Below are positions 47,876-64,000 of a stretch of DNA of 64,000 nt, piece after piece. This stretch comes from Macrostomum hystrix (lineage: Eukaryota; Animalia; Platyhelminthes). Location of the stretch: NCBI GenBank assembly GCA_950097015.1, contig CATNEN010000002.1:5952001-6016000 (forward strand), read 5' to 3'. A program made the translations under genes and the position numbers. Below the pieces are notes generated by a model that did not search any database, was not told where the DNA came from, and saw only the letters and a list, made by a program, of their open reading frames with translations. Numbering within the stretch: the first letter of the stretch is position 1; the number at the start of each line of letters is the position of its first letter.

Positions 47876-50800
47876 TCAGCGACCATCCGCCGCGGTGGCA
47901 CCACGAGCTGCTGCAGAGCGCGCCTCGTCAGTAAGGCTAGTAAGCGAGTCGATAGACTGCAGCAGCTCCTGACTGTCCTGCTCGGCATTGAAGCTAGCTA
48001 GCCAGGCCAGACATTTGCCAGCCACAAACTTGGCGTCAATGTGCAACTGCTCCCGAATCTTATCATCGTCGCTGGCCTGCGAAGGTTTGACTCCGGTGCC
48101 ACCACCGAGGCCGCCTTTGGCCCTCGCCAGCTGCCGGAGGCTGTCCTCCATTCGGCGCACTGAGTCGAGCAGGTCGGCAAGGCCGGACCTGTAGCGCGGC
48201 AGCAGCTCGCGCGACCAGGCAGTCACCCAGGCTGCGGTCTTGGCGGCTCCAACCGAATCGGCGTTGGCCGCCAAGAAGTCTGATATTGGCTCCACCTAGG
48301 TTGGGATCGAGCCGGTTGAGGATTATAGACTAGTTCATTATGCAGTGCCTGACCATATGCCAGAATGTAGTAACTACCTCAAAAAATAGCAACCATCCCA
48401 CACCTTAGCAACCATCCCACACCTTAGCAACCATCCCACCCCCTAGCAACCATCAGTCTCCCTAGCAAGCATCATTTTCTCTAGCACCCATCATTCTACC
48501 TAGCAACCATTATACTCATTATTTACAGTCACATGCAAAAGTAATGACGAAATAGAACAGTAAAAGCCTAGTTTGCCTTATTAAATAATATATATTCCAG
48601 ATTTGACTTGACCATGGCAGTAGAGAAATATGAGAAAATTAAAATATGTCTAATAATAGACGGCTTGGTTGGCATAGAAATGATGATAAGATTTGCTTTA
48701 GAAGTCACTTGTCTAAATGGGGAACTTCTACAATTGCGTCTAACTGGAATGTACACTGCCTTATGTACAATAGCTGTACAGTCTAGAATCTGCTTGAAAT
48801 GTTTATTGCAACTAAAATCCATTAGTGCATCCAGTGTCTCATTGCTGACTGAATGTAGGACAGAATAAGGAACTAGTAGAATGACTAACCCTGCGCGCAG
48901 TACTAACCGGTACTAACCCTGTCTAAACTAACATTTTTATTTTACTGTCCAATAAGTACGTACGAAGGAAGATGTGAACATGGTCTGAGTGACGAAGTAA
49001 GTCAAGTGAGTGTGCGTCATGAGCCCAATGACCACATGGCAAGGCTTAATAAAATTTATTAACTGCCGGAGGGCTGCGGGCAGTGGCACATCATTTGGTG
49101 ACACTAGACCCGCAGCCAGCGAGAAGGCAATGCCGCCCATTTTGCTGACTCCTGAGCACACACGCACATAGATACCGTACGTAGGCACACAGTGGCACAG
49201 CTGCAGCTATTAGAGTGTACAGATACAGCTGGTCAGTCCGTGGATAAAAGATTCGAACTCCCGACCTCTGGGCGAGAATTTTAGAAGCTCTGACCACTTA
49301 GCTACAAACTCCCCTTTTAGTTGCTAGGTTGCTAGACGGCGTCACCGTCTGGAGGAGCTCACCATTCTCAGTGCGTAGGGCGACGGCTGGGTCGGCATGT
49401 CCCGGTTGGTCTTGCGATAGGCTCTGGGCACTTCATTCAGCCGACTGACGGCCTCCAGCGAGCGAGAGATAAGCGCCGCCACCACCTGCTCATCAAGCAG
49501 CTGGCACACGGCCTGCCAGCGGGCCAGACAGTCTGTCAGAGCAGTAACAAACAGCCGATCTCGCTCAGACTCATTGCTAATGAGCGCCTCATCGGATTCT
49601 GCACCGTCCAGCTTCACTGGCAGGTCGGCCAATTTGGGCTTGATTGAGTCTTCATAGAGCCGCAAGATTTCTGACCTGGCGGCGGTCAAGTCAGCAGCAA
49701 GGAGCAGGGCTCGCTTGACACCCTCCTCGCCGGTGCCAATGTCAGCGGAGAGGCCTTCAAATTGAATGCCGCAGCGGCAGACAATCTGCAGTGTCAGCTT
49801 CCAAAATCGGCCGCTGAGTGCTGGCAGATGAACATCTGGCGACCAGACGCGAGACACAGCGGCCAGGCAAGCCGAGGTGGCCTTTAGGCGGCAGACGGTG
49901 CTAGGTGAGGCGAGAGACAGGCCGCAGTTTGCCAGCTCCTGGTCAAGGCTGCTTGTTACCTGAGGGACAAGAGAGGCACAGGCTTCACATTTGATAAAGG
50001 AATTTGACATGAACTACGAGTATATAATTTTGGATTGCTAACAACAAACTATACAGCAATAACCGTAGTTGCAAATGGAAAGATGGAAAGATTCTAAGAT
50101 GGGTTAAATGGTGAGAATGGAGATGGGTTTAAGGGAGTGAGGTGGGCGCAGATGAGTCAGGTAGGCACAAGAGAGTTGGGTGGATCCGCAGGGAGAGGTG
50201 GGTGCAAGGGAGTGGGGTGGGTGCAAGGCAGTTTGTGGGTGCAAGGGAGTGAGGTGGGTGCAAGGGAGTGGGGTGAGTACAAGGGAGTGGGGTGGGTGCA
50301 GGTGAGTGAGGTGGGTGCAAGGGAGTGGGTGGGTGCAAGGGAGTGGGAGGGAGTGGTCCTGGACCAAGGGAGTGAGGTGGGTTAAGAGTGTAGAGAGGTT
50401 GATGTCAGAGAAAGGCAGAGCGCGGTGAGCATCATGAAAATCGGGCAGGGGCAGATAGGAGGGCAGAGGAGGATTTCTCACCTCGTGTAGCCTAATCTGG
50501 AAGTACACAGCCAGGTTGAACTTTCGCCTGAGCTCCCAATAAGAAGGCAGCTTGGTTAGACTGGGCAGAAGGGCCTGGAACTGCGGCAGAAACTGCAGCA
50601 CGGTGAGGCTGTAGCGCTGGTGGAATCTGTCCGGATTGCCCGGATTGAACAGCATCGGCAGCTCCTCGATGAGGTGCCTGGCCAGCTCGGGAAACACGGC
50701 GCCAGCTAGAAAGTCGAAGTGGCGCGACAGACCGGCGGCGTCCAGCAGGCCGGCCCAGGCGTCGCGTTGCTCGTGTGCAAAGTCTAGCACAGACGCAAAG

Positions 50801-53141
50801 GCTGCAGCGAGCTGCTGCTGCTGCTGAAGGGTGTCCTGAATGTGGGATGTTAGGCGTTGTGAGTTGGTTTCATATGGTGTCAGGTGTTGTCATATAGTGT
50901 CATATGGTGTCATGGTTTCATATGGAGTCATATGGTGTCAGGTGGAGTCATATGGTGTCAGGTGGAGTCATATGGTGTCAGGTGGAGTCACATGGTGTCA
51001 GGTAGAGTCATATGGTGTCAGGTAGAGTCATATGGTGTCAGGTAGAGTCACATGGTGTCAGGTAGAGTCATATGGTGTCAGGTAGAGTCATATGGTGTCA
51101 GGTAGAGTCATATGGTGTCAGGTGGAGTTAAATGGTGTCAGGTAGAGTCATATGGTTTCAGGTGGAGTCATATGGTGTCAGGTGTTATGAGCTCACCTGT
51201 CCGAGAACGGAGCGCAGGAAGGTGCGCACGCTGAGCTCCCTGTAGATGCTCAGCGCCTGGTCCGGGCGGCCCAGGCCCGCACAAGCAGCTAGAGCGGTCT
51301 TAATAGCCGGCTTATCGTTGCTAAGCAAAGCGGCGGTCAGCGACTCGGCCAGACGTCGCTCGAGCAGCTCGCCAAGTCGGTGAACTCGCGGTCGGAGGCC
51401 GTCTATTGTTTGATTTGCGCCCCGCCAACGTGTGCTCAGGTGATTTAGCCGCGCGTAGGCTCGGCCACAGCGCTCCAGACTCACCTGCTGCTGCTGCTGC
51501 TGCTGAGTTTGGCCCTGCGATGGCTCGGCCAGCCAGAGCTCCAGCTTGGCCACCAGGCCGATGCAGGCGGCAACGGCCCGCTGGGCGGCCTCCTTCTGGG
51601 CCGATTGGGCGCGGGCTCGCAGCTGCTCAGCGGCGTCAGCCAGGGCGTCATCGATTTGGGAGAGAATCTCGCTTACCTGAGGTGGTACAGGTATAAATAG
51701 CTACATTCATTTGGGACGGAGAGATGGCAAGTGGCCTTGCCGTGCGATAAGGGGCAACCCTAGAGTACAAGTTTGAGTGTACACTCCCTGTAAAAAATTC
51801 GGCTGCTTCTTCGGCTGGTTTTTGTGCAAAATAGGAGTGGAATCTACCAAAATCCCCCCTATCTCGCAAGAGTTAAAGAAACCACCCAGGAAGCAGCCGA
51901 TGTGATCGTAAATTGTGCGGAAACCGCCGAAAATCACCCGAACCAGTGGCCCATGGGACAACCAGAGAATTCTTTACGGTCGATTCCTCGGCGGTTTCTG
52001 AGCATGGAATCTCACGAACTGGAGGATTCTTTGGGTGATTCCATTTCGCCACCAAGAAGCACCGAGAAACCGCCCAGTTGGGTAGATTCCAAGCATGGAA
52101 TCATCCGATTGGTCTGTTTCCAGCGTTCGGCTGTTTCTTTTTCTGGAAACACCGCAGATTCCAACTGGAATCACCCAAAGAAACATCCCAATTTTTTAGT
52201 GGGCTACCCGACGATGAGAAGTCGTGTGAGTGTTCTCAGGGCTAAACCTATTTGCTTCAGTTCACTGTGTAGCACACAAGCACACAGACACCGTATTGCA
52301 ATTGTTAGGCAGTGTACAGTCTGACTCGCCAAAAGGGCGCAAATTAAAAAGCCACCAAGCCTTCTCTCCGCGACAGTGCCACAAAAAAATGCGGCCTCGC
52401 TGCGGAATCGAGCTCAAGGACCTTGCTGCGAGGTGAGTCACACAACACTGTCACTCGAACACTCTATCGTATGAGCCTATATTAGTTGAATACATTTTCA
52501 TTATAAATCCTTTGAATAAGGAACGCTTGGACAGAATCTTTTGATAGCCTTATATTATTTATCCGTAGAACAAATACGTACGCGCGTGTCTCTTTTGCTT
52601 TTAGACTGACGAAAGGTACAATCTTAATTATTAACAATTGTCAAACAAGTTTTCTTTCATTAAAACTACTACTGCATATTGCAGTACCACTGAATACAAT
52701 TCTTAGATTAGACAGAAACTGCTAGTGGCACAGCCATGGGTATGGCTCAGGAGTGAAAACTAAGGCTTTACAAAGCCTCACCTGGTCCCGCAGCTGCAAC
52801 ACTGGCGAGTGAATTACACTCAGGGCCTTGTCCAAGCCAGCCAGGTTAGTTGACAGGCTAACAAAATCTGCATAGTCCTGATTGATGAGTTCAATTAGAG
52901 AGTTAGTGAGCACCCGGTGATAAGCCACCAGATCGTCGCGAAGCTTCTCTAGCGGCGCTCGACGCTTGTGCTCAAGGATGAAGGCGTCGAGATCGAAGTC
53001 TGGCCTATAAAACACCTCGGGATCAAATACGAAGCTTTGGCCGCGCAGTGCGGACTGCGGATCGGTCAGTGCTGAGTCTGCAGTGGTGTCAAACAGAAAC
53101 TGACGCTGCTGCTGCTGCGATCTGCCACCGCTGGGAGACAT
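47876..53141 (-). CDS. COG2: Conserved oligomeric Golgi complex subunit 2, 5 exons, ~736 aa
   Basis: Exons 53141-52782, 51676-51197, 50835-50482, 49959-49363, 48295-47876 (all phase 0). The N-terminus FDPEVFYRPDFDLDAFI...LEKLRDDL...LIELINQDYADFVSLSTNLAGLDKAL is the COG2 signature. Confidence 0.92.
48380..48510. repeat. Short degenerate ~20-bp repeat (CCTTAGCAACCATCCCACA)
   Basis: Tandem imperfect copies in a COG2 intron. Confidence 0.7.
49065..49200 (-). mobile_element. SINE family A 3' fragment
   Basis: Matches the 3' hairpin region. Confidence 0.8.
50130..50400. repeat. Degenerate G-rich ~15-bp repeat (GGGTGCAAGGGAGTG) in COG2 intron 3
   Basis: Imperfect tandem copies. Confidence 0.75.
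50860..51185. repeat. 20-bp minisatellite (ATATGGTGTCAGGTAGAGTC) filling COG2 intron 2
   Basis: Directly visible. Confidence 0.95.
52255..52445 (-). mobile_element. SINE family A 5' fragment (diverged)
   Basis: Minus strand reads CAAGGTCCTTGAGCTCGATTCCGCAGCGAGGCC...GCGGAGAGAAGGCTTGG. Confidence 0.7.
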
Positions 53142-53234
53142 CGCCGCAGAGTCTCCCGGCGACTTAGGTGAGTTAGTTGCTATGTAGGATGCCTGAAAGT
53201 GTTTGTCGTCAAATCTTCAAATAAAAATCTGACT

Positions 53235-53345
53235 ATTTGCAGGAGGGCTGCGGGCACTGGCACATCATCTGGTGACAGTCGACCCGCAGCCACAGAGAAG
53301 CAATTCCGCTCGTTTCGCTGACTCCTGAGCACACACGCACACAGG
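53235..53345 (-). mobile_element. SINE family A 3' fragment
   Basis: Matches the 3' hairpin region. Confidence 0.8.
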
Positions 53346-53769
53346 GGTGTCCTGACTTTTCATTTTCAGGCTGTGTATACTCATGGGGTTGGACCTCATG
53401 GGAAGAAGTTGCACGACTTACCTCAAGAGAGAGACACAAAAAGCTATTAACTAATAATAATAATAATCATACATGCGCAACCTCCCAAATCTTACCCGGC
53501 CGTGCGACTTAGTTTTTGCTCTCATTTGCGACTTAGTTCATTTCATTGCTCTATTTATGACTTAGTTTGCTCTCATTTGCTCTCTTTTTCTCTCCCCTTT
53601 TTCCTTTTCTTCACGCCTTCCTTTTTTGTCCCTTGGTCCCCCCTTTGATTTTTTTGCGCTTGGTCAATTGGTTTTTGCGACTTACCTTGCTTGGCCCTCG
53701 TTTCACCCGGCCGGTTCGGCCGGGTCGGCCGGGTGTTGCGCATGTATGATAATAATTGATTACACCTGC

Positions 53770-53925
53770 CCCAATTGCGCGGCGCATCTGGAGGCTGCGT
53801 ACTGCTGTTCAGTCCATAGACTGGGGTGAACTAAAGCAATGCATAGTTGGTAAAGGACACAGATTGTTCCAGTAGATTCGGGAATCGAACCCCCGACCTT
53901 CCGATGCTCTAACCACTAGGCTACA
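53770..53925 (-). mobile_element. SINE family B copy (internally deleted)
   Basis: Minus strand reads GTAGCCTAGTGGTTAGAG...GGTTCGATTCC...CAGTCTATGGACTGAACAGC. Confidence 0.75.
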
Positions 53926-54144
53926 GCGTTCTACAACCTTCATTCGTATTAACCTATCTAAATAAAAGGAATCGTGTTAAAAGTTCGCGAAATAAAAAAA
54001 GAGTCCAACCACTGAGAATAATCAAAGGCAAAAATCTGAATTTAACCGCCATTAATCCGCTGAAATCATGGAAGCCTGATTATTGTTCCAGTCAATCAGT
54101 CATTAACAGGTGTGAAATGCATTGAGAAACTGCAGGTCAACGAG

Positions 54145-58681
<4,537 letters not shown>

Positions 58682-60234
58682 TTATTGATTGCTGTAATGA
58701 ACAGAGGTGACAATATTGAAAAAATGCTGGTTAAAAAGTCACTTTCTGTTACTAATATTTGTTAATTCTCGATATATATTATCAATAAGCTGAATAGCTT
58801 TACCAATCTTATATTCACAAAAAGCCTGCACTTTGTTCTAACTTGTATTAAATGAGCACACTAACAGATAAGAAATCCTAGTTTATCTTTAGATTTAAGT
58901 TAAGGGCACATACTTTAATTATATCTAGCTGGTCTACAACAATTAAAACTATGCTTCATAATAATGATTTTAGAGTTCAGTATTTTTTTAAATTAACAAA
59001 CACACAAAAATATAAAAAACTTAATAAACATTTTTTGCTTCAAAGAAACAGCATTGTAATATAAAGCAAAGCAAAAATTATAACATAAGATACATGTGCT
59101 AAATGCACCCGTTCACATATTATTTAGCTGGTTTTAAGCCCTTCAGAGTAAGGTAAATTAAACAACCCAATTGCTTAGGAAATTATTAACAAAAATCTAG
59201 CTACTGTTTAGGAAATCCTTGGCAACAATTAAGTAGAAAAAATCCACATGTCTTCTGAATGTCAATGGGCAGGCCCTACATTTAGATATATTTTCCTAGA
59301 GTTCCAGCAGCAATAGCATACTGGCAACTGTCCGAGGCATATGGTGAAGAGGAATGGGCAACAGCTTCAAATAAAGAGGCTTTTTGAATGATTATAAACC
59401 CTGTTCTAGAAGATAGAAAACACAAAATTGGTCATGAATCTAGAGATTTCATCATTGTTGGATTATTGGACCTACAAAGAACTGTAAGCATTCAGAAATA
59501 TTGCCAAGATGATACTTATTGTGTCCCTAATGCCATGGGCATGGTGGTAAAAAAGACAGTTAATCAGATTCAGCAGTACTATAGGGGCCTACTATAGGCA
59601 AGTAGCTACAAGGTCTAGCAAACTAGCATAGGCACTAAATTATCCACCACCACCTGTTTGCATTTGTAGAGATTGTGCAAATACTATAAAACATTTGGCT
59701 GATTTAGGCACTGCAGACAAAGTCTAAAAGCTTCTGGACCACTAAGAGCATGTCATTGTATCCAAAGGATTGATTCAAATTTGTATAATTAAGGCTGTCC
59801 AATTAGGTTTCTGGTCTTTTTGTCTGCTGTCATCTCATGTGCTGTTAACTTTTCTTTAATAGAAACTTCATACAAACTCATCTGCTATACAAACAATAGA
59901 AAGAAAGTCACCTGCTAGTGCTACAGCTTTAATCATCTAAAAATAAAATAAAATAGGGGCCTATTAATGGAATGCATATGCAATGCACAACTTTATCTTG
60001 ATCAGGTGCTTTTATCTCTGCCTCACTTTAGTTTGCAGTTATATCTAAACAAAATTTGATTCATTTTAAAGGCTTATTCTCATAGCCATAGCATTAAATG
60101 CTGTGTGCAAATTATTCATCTGCACATGAATTTCATTTGCCTACAAATTAGTCAACTCATCTGTTGGCAGACAAGATGATGGCAGAAGAATAGACTGTAA
60201 CCCATTCAATTGTTAGCTAGGCCAGCCTAGAATT

Positions 60235-63200
60235 CCGGTCGTTTTGGCCATACACAGTTTCGGCCAAAAGCCGAATGAGTATAATAATGCTACATTATTA
60301 CTAAAATATAGTTATGTTCGTACTGTACTGTACATAAATGTACTGTCTGTAATTTTCAGTAAATTTTAGCAGTCCTTAAAATAAGTTGAAGCCTAAAGGG
60401 CTGTACATCTGGCGACTGTACATCTGATAGCTTTCGCACTCAACCAATTGAATCAACGATTCAATGCTTGTGCATTTAGCTATCCGTCGCGCATAAAATA
60501 GTGGCGTGTAATTGCAATTCTTTGTATGTAATGGTTCCCCGATACATAAATTCAGATTTATATTCGAAATATAACAAACACTCTGGCTCTGTCCTACCAA
60601 ATCACATGAAAATTTACAGTCTTCGAACAGTCTTCGATATGCAATCTTAGATGCCATATTTATATTCAGAATAGAGCCACTTTCGCTGCTCAACTTTACC
60701 GTCTTCGAACAGCCCTGATCGATGAAATGTTTTTGCATGCTTCATTAATTTCCTTTTGGTATGACTACTGGTACAGAACGACGCTTTTCTATTCTTAGCT
60801 TCCCGACCGTCCTTAACACCCTCCGTCGTATGACATGCGAGACACAAACGCTTTGTTGGTGAGTGGAAAGAAAGCCAAACCTCTTAAAAGTTCTACGAGG
60901 TCACTATCGAATGAAATTCAACATGCAAAACTTTTAAATCTTTAAAAACGCAATCGTATTTAATTGGTGTGAACGGATCCGATGTGAATGTAATCGGATT
61001 GGTGTGAACTTCACACTTTAATTCACACAGAAAGTCTGCAGAGTTTCGAGGCGTCGGACATACAGTCTTTCTCTTTAAAAAGGAAGAGACTGTGGCTCTA
61101 CTGGTATAGTCTATGGGCGTAAACAAGATGTCAGAGGCTATTGAGCCCTGTCCTTTTTACTGTACTTGCACTTTCCCAGCATATGGTAAGGAAAGATGAC
61201 TTCTTTTTAAGATTTATATGTAAGTCCTGGACCTCCTCCTTGCATTTGTCTTTAAATTCTGTCTAGATCGCCTTTTCTTAAGCCTAAATTCTTGCTATCA
61301 CAGAAGATTTCTTTTGCGAAATAGCGTCGAAAGTGAATCTGCGATTTAGCTGTACGATTATTGTTCTGCGTTAATTTAAATATTGCTATTGTTTGTTCTT
61401 TTATATTTAGCTAGTGCGCTATGAATTGCGATTTTTTAATGCTTTTTTGCTTTTTCTTCTGCATATATACAAGTAGTTGTCTGCCATCGGTCGTAGAGGT
61501 GAGTTTTTTATACCGAAATATTACTCGGGCGTGGTGGAGAGGGCCACTCTATAGTAGTCAGAAGACCGACGCCCCAAAAAGTGCAGCAGTTATAGCTAAC
61601 TCTGTTACGTCTGTTTAACGCAAGCCCTAATAGAATACACCTTCCCACAAGATATCGTGCAGTGACACCGGTAAGCCCTCAATGCTGTTATTATCTATTA
61701 TTTGTTATTTTATTCAGTAAAAAAGTAAACAAGAGTTTGATACTGTACGAATTTAAATATCAAATTAACAGATTGATCGAGCTATTCGTGAAGCAGCGGA
61801 AGTCTTTCCACGACCGACAGACTTTCGAAGATCGACGCCTTTCTTCGAATTACTCTTTCGCCGTCTGCGAATGCGCAACCGTGTTCGTCAGCGCAACATG
61901 CTATGGGCACGCATAAACATATTATATCCGAGAGAGCAAAGCAACTCAAGTGCTGATCGTCGGTTTGCCGCAGGGGCGCAACGCGGAGACGGAGATGACT
62001 GCAGCTCGGAAGGATCAGAGTCTAATTCTGACTCTGTAAGAAAGCAAAGTTCGATAAATAGCATGAAAGGAATTTTCGACGAGAACGCACGGCAAGAGAA
62101 TCGCAACTTTGAACTATACCATGAATTTCAAAGTCAAGAAGAAGAACATTTTGTCTGTAACCAGTCAGGAAACAGTAAAGAAATAGAGATTGACTTAGAA
62201 GCTAAATGATGTAAAGAACATTGGTTTGCAAATGGTTGAGACACGATTTGAATTTTCTCGTCCGGATACGAACAAAGCAATCAGTAAGGCAATGCGAAGG
62301 ATTTCAACTTGCGTTTTAGTATTTTCTGGTTACAACCATATAAAAGCCCCGGACTCCAGAAAGCAAAAAACTATGTTTTGGACAATTAAAGCTGGTTGCA
62401 TGTAAAATTGCTGGATGCAGTAGGTTATATCGATTTGTTATGCAGAATCCTCCGAAAATGATGAATACAAATTTTCTGTTCAATCATATGGCAAATTCGA
62501 TCATTCAAAGTCGGCCTACAGCTGCTTTAGACGAACAACACACGAAGAGAGACAAAAATTTATAGCACAAATTCGCGAAGTCGGAGCTACGGAGGCTTAC
62601 CGCAAAAATTTGTGCTCAAGCTACAATTTGTCTTACTTCTTATCAAAAAACTTTGATTCATGTAAAACACTTGGTGTCATGAAAAATTTACGGCGCCTTA
62701 TTTGTGCTGAGGAGCGACTGCACAACAGTATGTCCGTTCAGCTTGGCATCCTTCAGAAATTTTATGAAGCCGAATTTCCTGATGCAATTATACCAGGTGT
62801 TATCCGTGAAAGATGCATAGATCCATTTCGGCTCATATTAATTTCTGCTGCGGAAATCAGGCTTTTGTTGTCTTTGCTATCTGCTGACCGACCAACATTT
62901 TTGCACTTCACCCTTTGCATTCTTGTATCATTTATATCATACCATTCAAAAATTTTCTTGCTTGCTGTTCGACGACTGTAAAGTTTGGTTGAAATTGGAG
63001 CAGCGAAAGTGGCTCTATTCTGAATATAAATATGGCCTCTAAGATTGCATATAAATGCATTGCGGAGATAGGCGAGCACAGTTCAGACGTGAATAACTTT
63101 TGAACTGTACTACGAACCGACTCCAAATTTGATATGCACGGAAAACTCGCTTGCTGTTCGAAGACTGTAAATTTTCATGTGATTTGGTAGGACAGAGCCA

Positions 63201-63849
63201 GAGTGTTTGTTATATTTCGAATATAAATCTGAATATATGTATCGGGGAACCATTACATATTCTTTGTCATTGTGTAGTACAATACTCCTGCTACTTTTAA
63301 ATCAAGGACTCGTTTTAAATATGTATATTATTTGTCATTTCTATTTCGTATTTTGTTGTTCACGATGTCATTATATTATTCTATACTGTATTCGTACTCT
63401 ACTTTCTCTCGCTGTGTCGATGGTATAGTATTTTACTGTATTCGTATTTGTTTTACAGTATGATACATTTAAAAAGCTCACTGCGATCGCGAACTCTTAT
63501 GCTGTATGCTGATTGGCTCGAAATATAAATATACACTTAATAATGATTGGCGGCCAGACCTGAGCGCTCGGGTGGTTAATTGCTCTAATTCGGCCTTGTA
63601 ACCATTTGGAGTTGCGTTGTTCATAATTTAAAGCGGCCACCGGCAACTTTCAAAGTGTTAAAATTGTAAAATTCAAATTCGTGCTTTCCATCGTCGCTTT
63701 CAAATAAAATTAAAACTCTTAAATTAATTGGAAATTAGCCGTCAGAATGTTGTGAGTTTAAATAAGTATGGGGCCGAACTGGTTTGTGGCCGAAACGGTT
63801 TGAGGCCGAACCGGCTTTTGGCCGAAACGCCTATGGCCGAAACGACCGG
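60235..63849. mobile_element. Probable Mutator/foldback-like DNA transposon relic with nested inverted repeats
   Basis: Outer IR CCGGTCGTTT(T/C)GGCCATA...GTTTCGGCCAAAAGCCG at 60235-60273 versus 63811-63849, with TTCGGCC subrepeats. Inner IR ~60525-60713 versus ~62964-63259. No convincing TSD. Confidence 0.6.
62380..62981 (+). pseudogene. Degenerate transposase-like N-terminal fragment (MULE/NOF-like)
   Basis: GCM*NCWMQ*VISI...GKFDH...IPGVIRERCIDPFRLILISAAEIRLL...FLHF resembles the GYI...PF.V...Q..L...LH.DATG segment of MULE-type transposases. It carries stops and breaks at the inner IR. Confidence 0.45.
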
Positions 63850-64000
63850 TTACCCCGCCCTATACCCCAACCCCAACTTTTTAACAAGGTTTTCAAAGTC
63901 AATTAAGCAGATTTTGAAATAAATTTGGGAATAGAATAGTCTTCATATTGATAGCTATTAATATGTAGAGGTGTAAAGGGGCAGTGTGTGAAAAAACTGA

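Overview
This is eukaryotic (animal) genomic DNA, with GC-rich exons, GT-AG introns, poly-Q/poly-G tracts and many minisatellites. The style resembles a Macrostomum-type flatworm, but that is inference only. Genes I can model: two convergent TCF21/Musculin-like bHLH paralogs, an intronless tandem-CCCH zinc-finger gene, a very divergent 9-exon DOCK180-family gene (~1685 aa), a cluster of four TRAF/MATH-domain genes, COG2 and DIMT1. Mobile DNA: two tRNA-headed SINE families (about 10 and 4 copies), two copies of a hAT-type MITE, a 5'-truncated LINE inside a TRAF intron, and a Mutator/foldback-like relic with nested inverted repeats. There are about 20 tandem arrays. The best leads are (1) a mosaic TRAF pair that is almost identical except for the receptor-binding half of the MATH domain, (2) a LINE junction that duplicates a splice donor, (3) a DOCK protein with a degenerate catalytic loop, and (4) a covarying SINE 3' hairpin carrying a 14-nt match to the HDV ribozyme P3/L3. 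All family assignments come from motif recognition by eye; no database search was run.
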